Below the pieces are notes generated by a model. That model was not told the DNA's origin and searched no databases. It was given only the letters and a program-made list of their open reading frames with translations. Shown piece after piece: positions 1 to 9,134 of a stretch of DNA of 64,000 nucleotides. The position numbers and the translations under genes are program-made. The stretch is taken from assembly GCF_024298765.1 (NCBI RefSeq), contig NZ_CP101210.1; one strand, written 5' to 3'. How positions within the stretch are numbered: the first letter of the stretch is position 1; each line of letters begins with the position of its first letter. The DNA is from Escherichia coli. Its GTDB lineage: Bacteria > Pseudomonadota > Gammaproteobacteria > Enterobacterales > Enterobacteriaceae.

Positions 1-146
1 AGAGTCGGGGTAAGACTACGAAAGCCCGCTCTCCTGCGACGGCTTTTATCATAGGAGTGTGGAAGTGCTTTTCCATCAATCGCGATGACGTCTTTGTCAT
101 CTGAAGAATGACATTCACGCATCCGGTTAATAAAGCATTCGTGAAA
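1..146 (-). pseudogene. ISAs1-family (H-repeat-associated, YhhI-like) transposase fragment, 5'-truncated, leaves window at left edge
   Basis: Reverse translation 146->1 reads [38 protein letters not shown]..., which matches the conserved core of ISAs1/H-repeat transposases as I remember it. A stop and AT-rich DNA lie upstream, and the frame is lost after RRR. Confidence 0.55.
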
Positions 147-824
147 TTATACTGAACGGATACAAGACATAACTCTAATTATAGTGCCGTGAACAGGATT
201 ACCACTTTCAAAATTACGATATTATTAGCAGTAATTATGTTATTAATCATTGTGATATTTCCATCTCTGTGATCAATACCGGATAAGCATTTAATTGCAG
301 CATTTGCACGAAATTATCGCAGATAACTGGCAATAACAATAACCCATCAGCCCGCTTCTGTAATACCTCCATTCGTTCTACTGATTCAACATTAACAACC
401 AAACCAAGGGTATTTAGCGATTTAAGGATCTCCAGATGTTCACTCATCCAGCGCAGAGAAAAAGGATCATCACCAATTATAAAAACAGGCCCCTAGCAGG
501 TTAATAACTGGCGTTTCATTACGGATCTAGGATGAAGTCGAGTACATATTACAGGAAATACGCCCTGTTGCGATGGTTCCGATGATGTGGAATATTCAGA
601 AATATTTCCATTGTTAGTGAAGAATTAACATCCATTAATAATGGTGAAACAGCCTCACTTTCCTTGCTAGTAATGGCTGCACTAATCTGAAAGGAAAATA
701 ACAATATTATTACGTATAAACTCATTTTTAACATAATACATTCAATCCGTTTATTCATGTTATAGAATAATGATGCTATACCCGTGATCATTGAAGATGC
801 TTGATTTTGTCATGACAGAGGATC

Positions 825-1655
825 ATGCTACGCAACATGAAAATCTTCATCTCCGATCTACAAAAAGCAGAGCTGGAACGCCTTCACGATACCAGTCGTA
901 ACAAGCGGGTCTGCGATCGTATTAAAGCCATTCTTCTGGCTTCTGAAGGCTGGAGTTCAGTCATGATTGCTCAGGCTCTGCGCCTGCATCAGACCACCGT
1001 TGATCATCATATCCATGAGTTTATGAATAAAGGGAAGTTAAAGCCCGAAAACGGTGGTTCAGACAGTAAACTCAGTGCTGAACAAACATCACTCTTAATC
1101 AAACATTTATCTGATAATTTGTTTCACCATACTCATGAAATTATCGCCTTTGTTCTCCACACATGGGGAATTTTGTTCAGCGTTGCCGGTATGAACAAAT
1201 GGTTGCATCGTAACGGCTTCTCTTACAAAAAACCGGCTGGAACGCCTCATAAATTCAGCGAAGAGAGGCAGGCGCAATTCATTGAATTTATGAAGACCTG
1301 AAAGAAAAAGCAGGCGATGAACCTGTTCTTTTTATAGATGCTGTCCACCCCACTCAGGCCACCAAAATCAGTTATGGCTGGATACGAAAAGGGCACCGGA
1401 AAGCAATAGAAACAACAGGTAGCCGTACACGGCTGAATATCATGGGTGCGCTAAATCTGAAGTCTCCGGAACGCCCACTCATCAGTGAGTACCCAACCAT
1501 TAATGCGTTAAGCATATCCCGGTTTTTCAATGAGATAAGAAAGGTTTATCCTGATTATAATCAAACAGTCAACATCATTCTGGATGGTGCACGTTATCAC
1601 CATGCTCAACTGGTAACAGACTGGGCTGAAGTCGTTAATATCAAACGCGTTCAAT
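825..1655 (+). pseudogene. IS630-family transposase, frameshifted and 3'-truncated
   Basis: ORF 825-1301 (HTH N-terminus) continues in another frame from ~1290 (YEDLKEKAGDEPVLFIDAVHPTQATKISYGWIRKG...ILDGARYHHAQL). This is typical of an IS630/Tc1-like DDE enzyme. Similarity stops near 1655, abutting tosF. Confidence 0.7.
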
Positions 1656-1661
1656 TAGCAC

Positions 1662-2192
1662 TTATCTACATAATAATAGACCTTTGTAAAATAACTGTAT
1701 ATCATTACTGACATACAGTCTATTCATTAAAGACTTTTTATAACTCGAAACAGTTTTTATTGAAACGCCGAGGTTATTAGCAATATCTTTTCCACTTAAA
1801 CCATATAAAAACATCAGCAGGACCTCCTTCTGCCTTCCAGATAAAGAAAGCTTATAATGAGAGTTCTTTACTCTATAAATATAATGTGTGTTATTAAGTG
1901 GATTGTTTTTAGTTAAATCCTTTATATTGCAAATAGGGGCGTGGATAATATCCCTGAGAAAATCAAAGGTTTCAGGGGGAGCATAAAAAATGGTATCCGA
2001 ACACCTAAAATCAATGTTATTGAACTGTAAAAAACAAAAAACATCTGACGTTTTAGGGGATGATATTATAATAATATTTTTTACGCCATTAATTTTATTT
2101 TTCTGGATGACATCTTCAATTGTTTTGTTGATCCCAATAAGGAAATAACGATTATCACATATAACTTTCATATAAAGCGACCAACACTTCAA
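1662..2192 (-). CDS. tosF: LuxR-family transcriptional regulator TosF
   Basis: 176 aa with a C-terminal LuxR-type HTH (LSGRQKEVLLMFLYGLSGKDIANNLGVSIKTVSSYKKSLMNRL). Last gene of the tos-type operon architecture. Confidence 0.7.
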   Translation of the reverse strand: MKCWSLYMKVICDNRYFLIGINKTIEDVIQKNKINGVKNIIIISSPKTSDVFCFLQFNNIDFRCSDTIFYAPPETFDFLRDIIHAPICNIKDLTKNNPLNNTHYIYRVKNSHYKLSLSGRQKEVLLMFLYGLSGKDIANNLGVSIKTVSSYKKSLMNRLYVSNDIQLFYKGLLLCR

Positions 2193-2675
2193 TTAACAGA
2201 CAAGCCTTTCATAAGCACATTTATATTTGAGATTTTTTCCTGATATTCCATTTTTTTTCTTTGCTTTATATATATGAGTATACACAGTCTTTGAACTCAT
2301 ACCAAACTGATAAGCAATACTTGCTACATTCCACCCATGGAAAACATAATAGAATAGTATAATCATCTCATTCATGGTTAATTTATGTGGAGAGTTCCCA
2401 AACAACAACCTGCCACTAAACATACATTCATAAATCGATGACAGGCTACTTATTGATTCTACTGGTAATAAGTAAAATCTATAACCGTTAAAAATATAAT
2501 TCATTAACATACTGTTTTTTTTATCACAGAGAATGACAAAAATATTATTGTTTATTATATGCTCACGATTATCTGGTATAAAAAAATCAGCACCAATAGT
2601 AATAGAATGCCTGCTCAATAATTTTTTCAAACCTAACTCAAGATATTTATTGTGCGTAACAATCATTATATTCAT
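2193..2675 (-). CDS. tosE: LuxR-family transcriptional regulator TosE
   Basis: 160 aa with a C-terminal LuxR-type HTH (LTMNEMIILFYYVFHGWNVASIAYQFGMSSKTVYTHIYKAKKK). Its stop directly abuts the tosF start. Confidence 0.7.
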   Translation of the reverse strand: MNIMIVTHNKYLELGLKKLLSRHSITIGADFFIPDNREHIINNNIFVILCDKKNSMLMNYIFNGYRFYLLPVESISSLSSIYECMFSGRLLFGNSPHKLTMNEMIILFYYVFHGWNVASIAYQFGMSSKTVYTHIYKAKKKNGISGKNLKYKCAYERLVC

Positions 2676-2795
2676 ACATTATGCCTTCTACAAGAAGTAT
2701 ATAAATGTCATATTGACTCATTTGCAAATTATTAAGTTGTTTCTATAACACTCAAAAATGTGGGAAGTTTCCCTCCCACATGAATAAGACAACTA

Positions 2796-5700
2796 TTAAA
2801 TTACACCATTCGCATCAATAATATTGTTATCAATATACACATTTGCGCCACTTACACTGCTGTATAACGTATAAGTATGCTCAATACCATCTAACGCAGT
2901 TGCTTTAACAGTTGTTGCCGTTGCCGTAAATGTACCCAGACTTCCCGCTCCGTCAGCCCCCAAATCAACTTTGTCATTGGCATCACCGGAAATATAAATC
3001 GTTGAATTGTCATTTATACCCAATACATCCGATGCCGTTAACTTGACTAACTGAGCTGCATTGTCAGCTTTCAGATCGCTACCAACAGTCATATCCACTT
3101 TCTCGAAGCCGGCAATACCTTCATTTTTACCGGCCGCTAGATTGACAGAAATGGTACCTGTCAGAACCAGGGTATCACTGCCTTCCCCGCCGTTAATATA
3201 GCCCTGATTACCGGAGGAGGTGGAGTCATAGTCTTTTGTCAGAACAACAATATCATCACCGGCACCGGCATCAATGGTCAGGTTTTTGGCAATTGTGCCT
3301 AATTTAAAGGTATCATTGCCGTCTTCACCATTAACGACAGTGGCATAAGCAGAATCCCCCATTACACCAGAAGTTGCATCAAATACATCATCTCCCGCCC
3401 CCAGTGAAATAGTCGTGTTATATGCACCATCTGTGATGGTAACAGTATCATTGCCGTCCCCCATAGAGACAGTACTGCCACCATAAATCCATCCGGCCGT
3501 TAAGGTATCCGCATTGTCACCGACAGAAATATTACCGGTCAGATTTTTAGTTACCGTAATATTATCACTGCCGTATCCGCCTAAAATTTCACCAGACACA
3601 GAGCCATAAATAGTGACGGTATTAACATCTGTGGCAGTGTCAATATTGTTGTCGTTACCCAAGCTTAAATTACTGCCATCCTGATAAACAGAAAGATATT
3701 CCTTAGGCATATTAGATATATCTTTTGTACCACTACCAAGATCCAATAAACCAGATAATGTTGTATCGTTATTGTCAGTAGCATCCCCCTGGATAAATGT
3801 ATCACTACCTGAACCAAGATAAATCTGTCCGGCATTTGTTACACCAGTACGTTTGATCGTAACAATATCATCGCCAGACTCAGTAAAGATATAACTACCC
3901 GCATACATAACACGTAATGCAGTATTCATACCATCCATAGTAAAAGTATCGTTACCCTCACCAGTATATACTCTTGTATTAGCCAGCATGTTACCACGAA
4001 TGACCATTAGATCATCACCAGCACCTAAATCAACAGTCGTAATGCTTTGATTGCCATCGGTTTTTGTTCCGTCTGGCCCATTATCCTGTGAGTTAGCAAC
4101 ATTACTATACGATGTTGTTTCTTTACCACTCTGGTAATAACCAACATAAACCGTATCATTGTAATCTGTTGTTACCATTGGATCATTTTCACCACTATTC
4201 GCGCCAATGGTATACCCAAAGTCCCCTTTTTCGGCGATAGAAGATGATAGTGAATATTTCAGTGTAAAATCACCGTCCAGATTACGTAATGAAATGGCAT
4301 TACCATCATAAATAACACCTGTTGCGGATGCTCCCGCATTATCAACGATGTCAGTAGCTGCCGTAACGTTATCAGATGTTCCCGTAATGGTCGCAACAAC
4401 TTTTTCCATACCCTCGGCATTAAAGGCATCTTGGTTAGCCTCAAGCGTTGGATCAACTATAAATGAAACACTTTTTGAACCGGCAGGAATAACAATTGTT
4501 ACGGTTGTTGCACCATCATAGGTTACTTTTCCAGTATCACCATGAAGGCCAATTTTCCCGTTATGCTGTGCTCCACCAATATCAGAATAGTCAGCAGCAT
4601 CAGAATGCCCAGCTCCGCTACCCAATGTAACTGTAACTGTTACATCTGTTGTAGTGACATGATTCAGAGAAACCGTATAAACCAGTCCAGTGGAATCATC
4701 CTTATCTTCAATAGTTGCGGGAACATCCATTACGGTCCCATTGACACTAGCTATACCAGTAAAACCATCACCATTGACATCTGTTGATGTTGTCTCAACG
4801 CTAATACTCACTGTTGGTAACACATCAGTTTTTGAGGTTACGGTTGACGGGTCACTTTCATTACCGCTCGGATCTTTGGCAACCCCGGTAACTTCACTGT
4901 TATCCTTCACGTTATCTGCCGGAATGGTCGCTTTATCGCCAGTGCTGTCCGGGATCAGCGTCGGATCACTGGATGTCCAGCCGTTATCCCCTTTCTCCAG
5001 CGTCACGGTGTGCTTACCACCTTTTTCATCTTCAAAGGTGACATCCACGGTATCGCCTTTATTGGCATCACCCGGCAGCTCAACAGAAACAGAACCATCA
5101 TCCTCTGCTTTTAATACCGGTGCCGACGGCGCCACTGTATCCACTGCGAAGTCAGCCGGCTGGCCCTGGCCACTGGTGTTACCTGCCGGGTCTGTGATTT
5201 CCGCGGTTACAGAATACTGACCATCTGCCGTCACTTTATCCGCCGGAATGGTCACATCAGCTTTACCTGCAGCCACTTCATCTGCGGTCAGCGTGTGCTC
5301 CACCGTGTCCGTCGTGCCGTCCGGTTTGGTGACCGTCAGCGTCAGGGTATCACCGGCAGCGCTGCCTTTCGGTACCGTGACTTCGGTCTGTACACCATCC
5401 TTCAGCTCTTCGGCATTCACACCATCTGCCGCTTCCGGAATGGCAACTACCGGTGTTGCATCTGTTGCACCATCACCATCGGTATCCCCCGGGATCTGGG
5501 TATCGGCAGCAAAATCAACCACATTCCCGGGTTTCGCCGGGTTACTGCCCTGAGTCAGAGTGACACTGACGCTGTTCTGCCCGTCAATCACCGCATCCTT
5601 CGGAATATCCATGGATACTTTACCGGCAGCCACTTCATCTTTAGTCACGGTATGTGTCACGTTCTCCGTGGTTTTGTCCGGACGGGTCACGGTAAGTGTA

Positions 5701-7628
5701 ATAACTGCACCTTCTGCCGTGCCTGCCGGCAACGTGACCTCTGCCTGCAAACCGTCTTTCAGCTCATCAGCATTGGCATAACCGTCAGTCACTTCAGGAA
5801 TGCTCAGAACCGGGGCATCTGCCACACCATCAGTTTTTGACGTCACGGTTGACGGGTCACTTTCATTACCGCTCGGATCTTTGGCAACCCCGGTAACTTC
5901 ACTGTTATCCTTCACGTTATCTGCCGGAATGGTCGCTTTATCGCCAGTGCTGTCCGGGATCAGCGTCGGATCACTGGATGTCCAGCCGTTATCCCCTTTC
6001 TCCAGCGTCACGGTGTGCTTACCACCTTTTTCATCTTCAAAGGTGACATCCACGGTATCGCCTTTATTGGCATCACCCGGCAGCTCAACAGAAACAGAAC
6101 CATCATCCTCTGCTTTTAATACCGGTGCCGACGGCGCCACTGTATCCACTGCGAAGTCAGCCGGCTGGCCCTGGCCACTGGTGTTACCTGCCGGGTCTGT
6201 GATTTCCGCGGTTACAGAATACTGACCATCTGCCGTCACTTTATCCGCCGGAATGGTCACATCAGCTTTACCTGCAGCCACTTCATCTGCGGTCAGCGTG
6301 TGCTCCACCGTGTCCGTCGTGCCGTCCGGTTTGGTGACCGTCAGCGTCAGGGTATCACCGGCAGCGCTGCCTTTCGGTACCGTGACTTCGGTCTGTACAC
6401 CATCCTTCAGCTCTTCGGCATTCACACCATCTGCCGCTTCCGGAATGGCAACTACCGGTGTTGCATCTGTTGCACCATCACCATCGGTATCCCCCGGGAT
6501 CTGGGTATCGGCAGCAAAATCAACCACATTCCCGGGTTTCGCCGGGTTACTGCCCTGAGTCAGAGTGACACTGACGCTGTTCTGCCCGTCAATCACCGCA
6601 TCCTTCGGAATATCCATGGATACTTTACCGGCAGCCACTTCATCTTTAGTCACGGTATGTGTCACGTTCTCCGTGGTTTTGTCCGGACGGGTCACGGTAA
6701 GTGTAATAACTGCACCTTCTGCCGTGCCTGCCGGCAACGTGACCTCTGCCTGCAAACCGTCTTTCAGCTCATCAGCATTGGCATAACCGTCAGTCACTTC
6801 AGGAATGCTCAGAACCGGGGCATCTGCCACACCATCAGTTTTTGACGTCACGGTTGACGGGTCACTTTCATTACCGCTCGGATCTTTGGCAACCCCGGTA
6901 ACTTCACTGTTATCCTTCACGTTATCTGCCGGAATGGTCGCTTTATCGCCAGTGCTGTCCGGGATCAGCGTCGGATCACTGGATGTCCAGCCGTTATCCC
7001 CTTTCTCCAGCGTCACGGTGTGCTTACCACCTTTTTCATCTTCAAAGGTGACATCTACGGTATCGCCTTTATTGGCATCACCCGGCAGCTCAACAGAAAC
7101 AGAACCGTCATCCTCTGCCTTCAGTGCTGGTGACGATGGGGCTGTAGTATCAGAGTCATCATTTTCATGTCTATGTTTGCTTCCACCGCCACCTGCAGCT
7201 AAAGCCATAGCAGCCAGTCCCCCACCAAATGCCAGACCGCCCAACCATATAAAACCGCCACGATCATCATCTGACAAGGTTCCCGATTGTCCGGCAGTAA
7301 TATCATCCAGCACCGGGCCATCCTGAGTCAGTACGGCTTCGGTGACCTGTCCATCTTCCCCAACAATATTAAATACCGCCGTACACTGTGTTTCCCCGGG
7401 CTGGCATTCTTCCCAGAATCCCTCTATCCGGACCTCAGTATCTTCTTCCTTTTTACGCAGAATTAAATCATCACCGGAGCGATCCGCCTCAACACCGTCA
7501 GGCACTAGGCCGGTCACCTCATCGATCAGTCCATACTGCTCCCCGGGCTGTGCTTTAACTGTATGACGACCTCCGACAGTCAGCACGGTTTTTTCTCCGC
7601 TGACCTTACCGGTAAAAATCATTTTCAT
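2796..7628 (-). CDS. tosA: Repeats-in-toxin nonfimbrial adhesin TosA (T1SS substrate)
   Basis: 1610 aa. It has a Bap-like N-terminal domain, then a Gly/Ala-rich hydrophobic stretch, then 335-aa Ig-like tandem repeats. The C-terminus has RTX nonapeptides (GGYGSDNITV, GDGNDTVTI, GAGDDVFDA, GEDGNDTFKL, GAGDDIVVL, GGEGSDTLVL). It lies next to its T1SS genes in an aspV island, as described for UPEC CFT073. Confidence 0.8.
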   Translation of the reverse strand: MKMIFTGKVSGEKTVLTVGGRHTVKAQPGEQYGLIDEVTGLVPDGVEADRSGDDLILRKKEEDTEVRIEGFWEECQPGETQCTAVFNIVGEDGQVTEAVLTQDGPVLDDITAGQSGTLSDDDRGGFIWLGGLAFGGGLAAMALAAGGGGSKHRHENDDSDTTAPSSPALKAEDDGSVSVELPGDANKGDTVDVTFEDEKGGKHTVTLEKGDNGWTSSDPTLIPDSTGDKATIPADNVKDNSEVTGVAKDPSGNESDPSTVTSKTDGVADAPVLSIPEVTDGYANADELKDGLQAEVTLPAGTAEGAVITLTVTRPDKTTENVTHTVTKDEVAAGKVSMDIPKDAVIDGQNSVSVTLTQGSNPAKPGNVVDFAADTQIPGDTDGDGATDATPVVAIPEAADGVNAEELKDGVQTEVTVPKGSAAGDTLTLTVTKPDGTTDTVEHTLTADEVAAGKADVTIPADKVTADGQYSVTAEITDPAGNTSGQGQPADFAVDTVAPSAPVLKAEDDGSVSVELPGDANKGDTVDVTFEDEKGGKHTVTLEKGDNGWTSSDPTLIPDSTGDKATIPADNVKDNSEVTGVAKDPSGNESDPSTVTSKTDGVADAPVLSIPEVTDGYANADELKDGLQAEVTLPAGTAEGAVITLTVTRPDKTTENVTHTVTKDEVAAGKVSMDIPKDAVIDGQNSVSVTLTQGSNPAKPGNVVDFAADTQIPGDTDGDGATDATPVVAIPEAADGVNAEELKDGVQTEVTVPKGSAAGDTLTLTVTKPDGTTDTVEHTLTADEVAAGKADVTIPADKVTADGQYSVTAEITDPAGNTSGQGQPADFAVDTVAPSAPVLKAEDDGSVSVELPGDANKGDTVDVTFEDEKGGKHTVTLEKGDNGWTSSDPTLIPDSTGDKATIPADNVKDNSEVTGVAKDPSGNESDPSTVTSKTDVLPTVSISVETTSTDVNGDGFTGIASVNGTVMDVPATIEDKDDSTGLVYTVSLNHVTTTDVTVTVTLGSGAGHSDAADYSDIGGAQHNGKIGLHGDTGKVTYDGATTVTIVIPAGSKSVSFIVDPTLEANQDAFNAEGMEKVVATITGTSDNVTAATDIVDNAGASATGVIYDGNAISLRNLDGDFTLKYSLSSSIAEKGDFGYTIGANSGENDPMVTTDYNDTVYVGYYQSGKETTSYSNVANSQDNGPDGTKTDGNQSITTVDLGAGDDLMVIRGNMLANTRVYTGEGNDTFTMDGMNTALRVMYAGSYIFTESGDDIVTIKRTGVTNAGQIYLGSGSDTFIQGDATDNNDTTLSGLLDLGSGTKDISNMPKEYLSVYQDGSNLSLGNDNNIDTATDVNTVTIYGSVSGEILGGYGSDNITVTKNLTGNISVGDNADTLTAGWIYGGSTVSMGDGNDTVTITDGAYNTTISLGAGDDVFDATSGVMGDSAYATVVNGEDGNDTFKLGTIAKNLTIDAGAGDDIVVLTKDYDSTSSGNQGYINGGEGSDTLVLTGTISVNLAAGKNEGIAGFEKVDMTVGSDLKADNAAQLVKLTASDVLGINDNSTIYISGDANDKVDLGADGAGSLGTFTATATTVKATALDGIEHTYTLYSSVSGANVYIDNNIIDANGVI
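4823..7125. repeat. 1005-bp tandem repeat, about 2.3 copies, inside tosA
   Basis: Period of 1005 bp (cggttgacggg at 4841, 5846 and 6851). Shadow ORFs are identical between units (5248-5553 = 6253-6558; 5295-5840 = 6300-6845; 5560-5781 = 6565-6786). The third, partial unit differs at 7056 (t versus c at 6051/5046) and diverges after ~7107. Confidence 0.95.
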
Positions 7629-7826
7629 ATAAAATCCTTAGGCTAATTAAAACCTGCGATTATCAATATAAAATAAATTAATCATTTCCAGAGGTGGAAA
7701 AATAATAATTTCTATACGTGACTTATTCTCCTTAAATTTAATAAAATTATTTTTTCATTGCGATACGATACAGACTTCCTGTTGAGTGTCTGTATTACGG
7801 AGCCATGATATTAATAATATAATAAA

Positions 7827-9089
7827 TCATCGTTCCTGAAGAGCTTGTTTCATTCTGGTGATTGGTTTAATCAGGTACTGAAATACACTTTTCTGTCCTG
7901 TTTTTATATCCACGCTGGCTATCATGCCAGGAATAACTGGCAATATTTTTCCGTTCCTGTCTGTCAGATAATTATTACTGGTAGTAACCAGTACTCGATA
8001 ATATGCTTCATTTGGATCCAGTTTTAAATCTCCCGGCCGTTTCTGGTCACGTAAAGTATCCGGACTTACCAGTGTCACCACTCCGTCAAGACCACCATAA
8101 ATGGCATAGTCATAAGCCGTCAGTTTTACAAGTGCCGGCATCCCTGTTCTGACATAGGCAACATCCCGTGGATTTATATAAGCCTCAATCAGCAACTGGT
8201 CTTCCAGCGGAATAATTTCCATTATGTCCTGTCCTGCAGAAACCACGCCTCCCAAAGTATTTACCCGAATATTTTTTACGATGCCTCTCAGGGGAGCCCT
8301 GATACGTGAACGCTCAACCGGGTCGGCTCTGCCAGCCATATTCTCTTTTGCCTGTGCAAGCTCTGCTTCTGTCTTCACTAGTTCAGCTCCAGCTTCCGTC
8401 AGGTATTTATTCTGTTTCTCATCCATCTGTAACTGCAGCTCCGCTGACTGACGCTGCATACGTAACAGTTCGACTTCCGACATCGCCCCTTCACGCACAA
8501 TTGGCCGGGTCATTGCTATTTCCTTATCCAGCAGAGCCTTACTCTGCTTAAGGCCGGCGATGCTTTGTGCCAGTTCAGTCTTTCGTAGTCGATAAACAGT
8601 ACTTTCCCTCTCCCTCAAATCTGCAGGCACGTCATCCGGAAATGTCAGTGATTCGGAATAAGCTTCTGCACGGAGTCTTGCCCTGACTGCTTCCAGGTTA
8701 TTCACCCGGGCTTCACTTTCCCTCAGCATGGCAGAGCTTCGGGTATCATCCAGTGTCAGCAGTACCTGACCTTTCTCAACAATATCTCCTTCCCTGACCT
8801 CAAGTGTTTTCAAAATACCCGGGTCAAGGGTCTGTATAACCTGCTCCCTGCTGCCGGGAATAATACTCCCCTGACCACGGGTCACTTCATCCAGAGGACT
8901 GTTCCATGCCCAGATAACAAACGTCACTACCAGTACCAGCAGAAAAATCACCATCAGGAAAAGGGCATGATGCTTTTCCTGCTGAAGGGCTGCCTGTACA
9001 TCTGTCAACAGGGCCAGGTCTGACTGCCTAACCACCTCTGACGACGCTTTATTCCGTTCCGTTTTTTCTGTCATACCCCTGCGGTCCAC
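7827..9089 (-). CDS. tosD: HlyD-family membrane fusion protein of the T1SS (TosD)
   Basis: 420 aa with one N-terminal TM helix, long coiled-coil segments, and a lipoyl/barrel C-terminus ending in a ...KSVFQYLIKPI... motif typical of HlyD/LapC. The true start may be M6. Confidence 0.8.
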   Translation of the reverse strand: MDRRGMTEKTERNKASSEVVRQSDLALLTDVQAALQQEKHHALFLMVIFLLVLVVTFVIWAWNSPLDEVTRGQGSIIPGSREQVIQTLDPGILKTLEVREGDIVEKGQVLLTLDDTRSSAMLRESEARVNNLEAVRARLRAEAYSESLTFPDDVPADLRERESTVYRLRKTELAQSIAGLKQSKALLDKEIAMTRPIVREGAMSEVELLRMQRQSAELQLQMDEKQNKYLTEAGAELVKTEAELAQAKENMAGRADPVERSRIRAPLRGIVKNIRVNTLGGVVSAGQDIMEIIPLEDQLLIEAYINPRDVAYVRTGMPALVKLTAYDYAIYGGLDGVVTLVSPDTLRDQKRPGDLKLDPNEAYYRVLVTTSNNYLTDRNGKILPVIPGMIASVDIKTGQKSVFQYLIKPITRMKQALQER

Positions 9090-9134
9090 AAACTGTTAAA
9101 CATATATGCTCTTTATTTCTTATCCGCTTGACGC

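Noticed and set aside
247-791. Minus-strand 66-aa ORF whose upstream extension reads MKRQLLTC(stop)GPVFIIGDDPFSLRW..., possibly a receiver-domain pseudogene, and an 80-aa ORF with a signal-like segment
   Set aside because: The similarity to response-regulator receivers is only impressionistic, the frame contains a stop, and the 80-aa ORF has no recognisable family. Evidence is too weak to call features.
4259-7566. Many plus-strand ORFs of 65-181 aa inside tosA, several in identical pairs (e.g. 5295-5840 and 6300-6845)
   Set aside because: They are antisense or shadow frames of a GC-rich, Thr/Val/Asp-biased gene. The duplicates simply reflect the 1005-bp tandem repeat. There is no RBS or recognisable protein.
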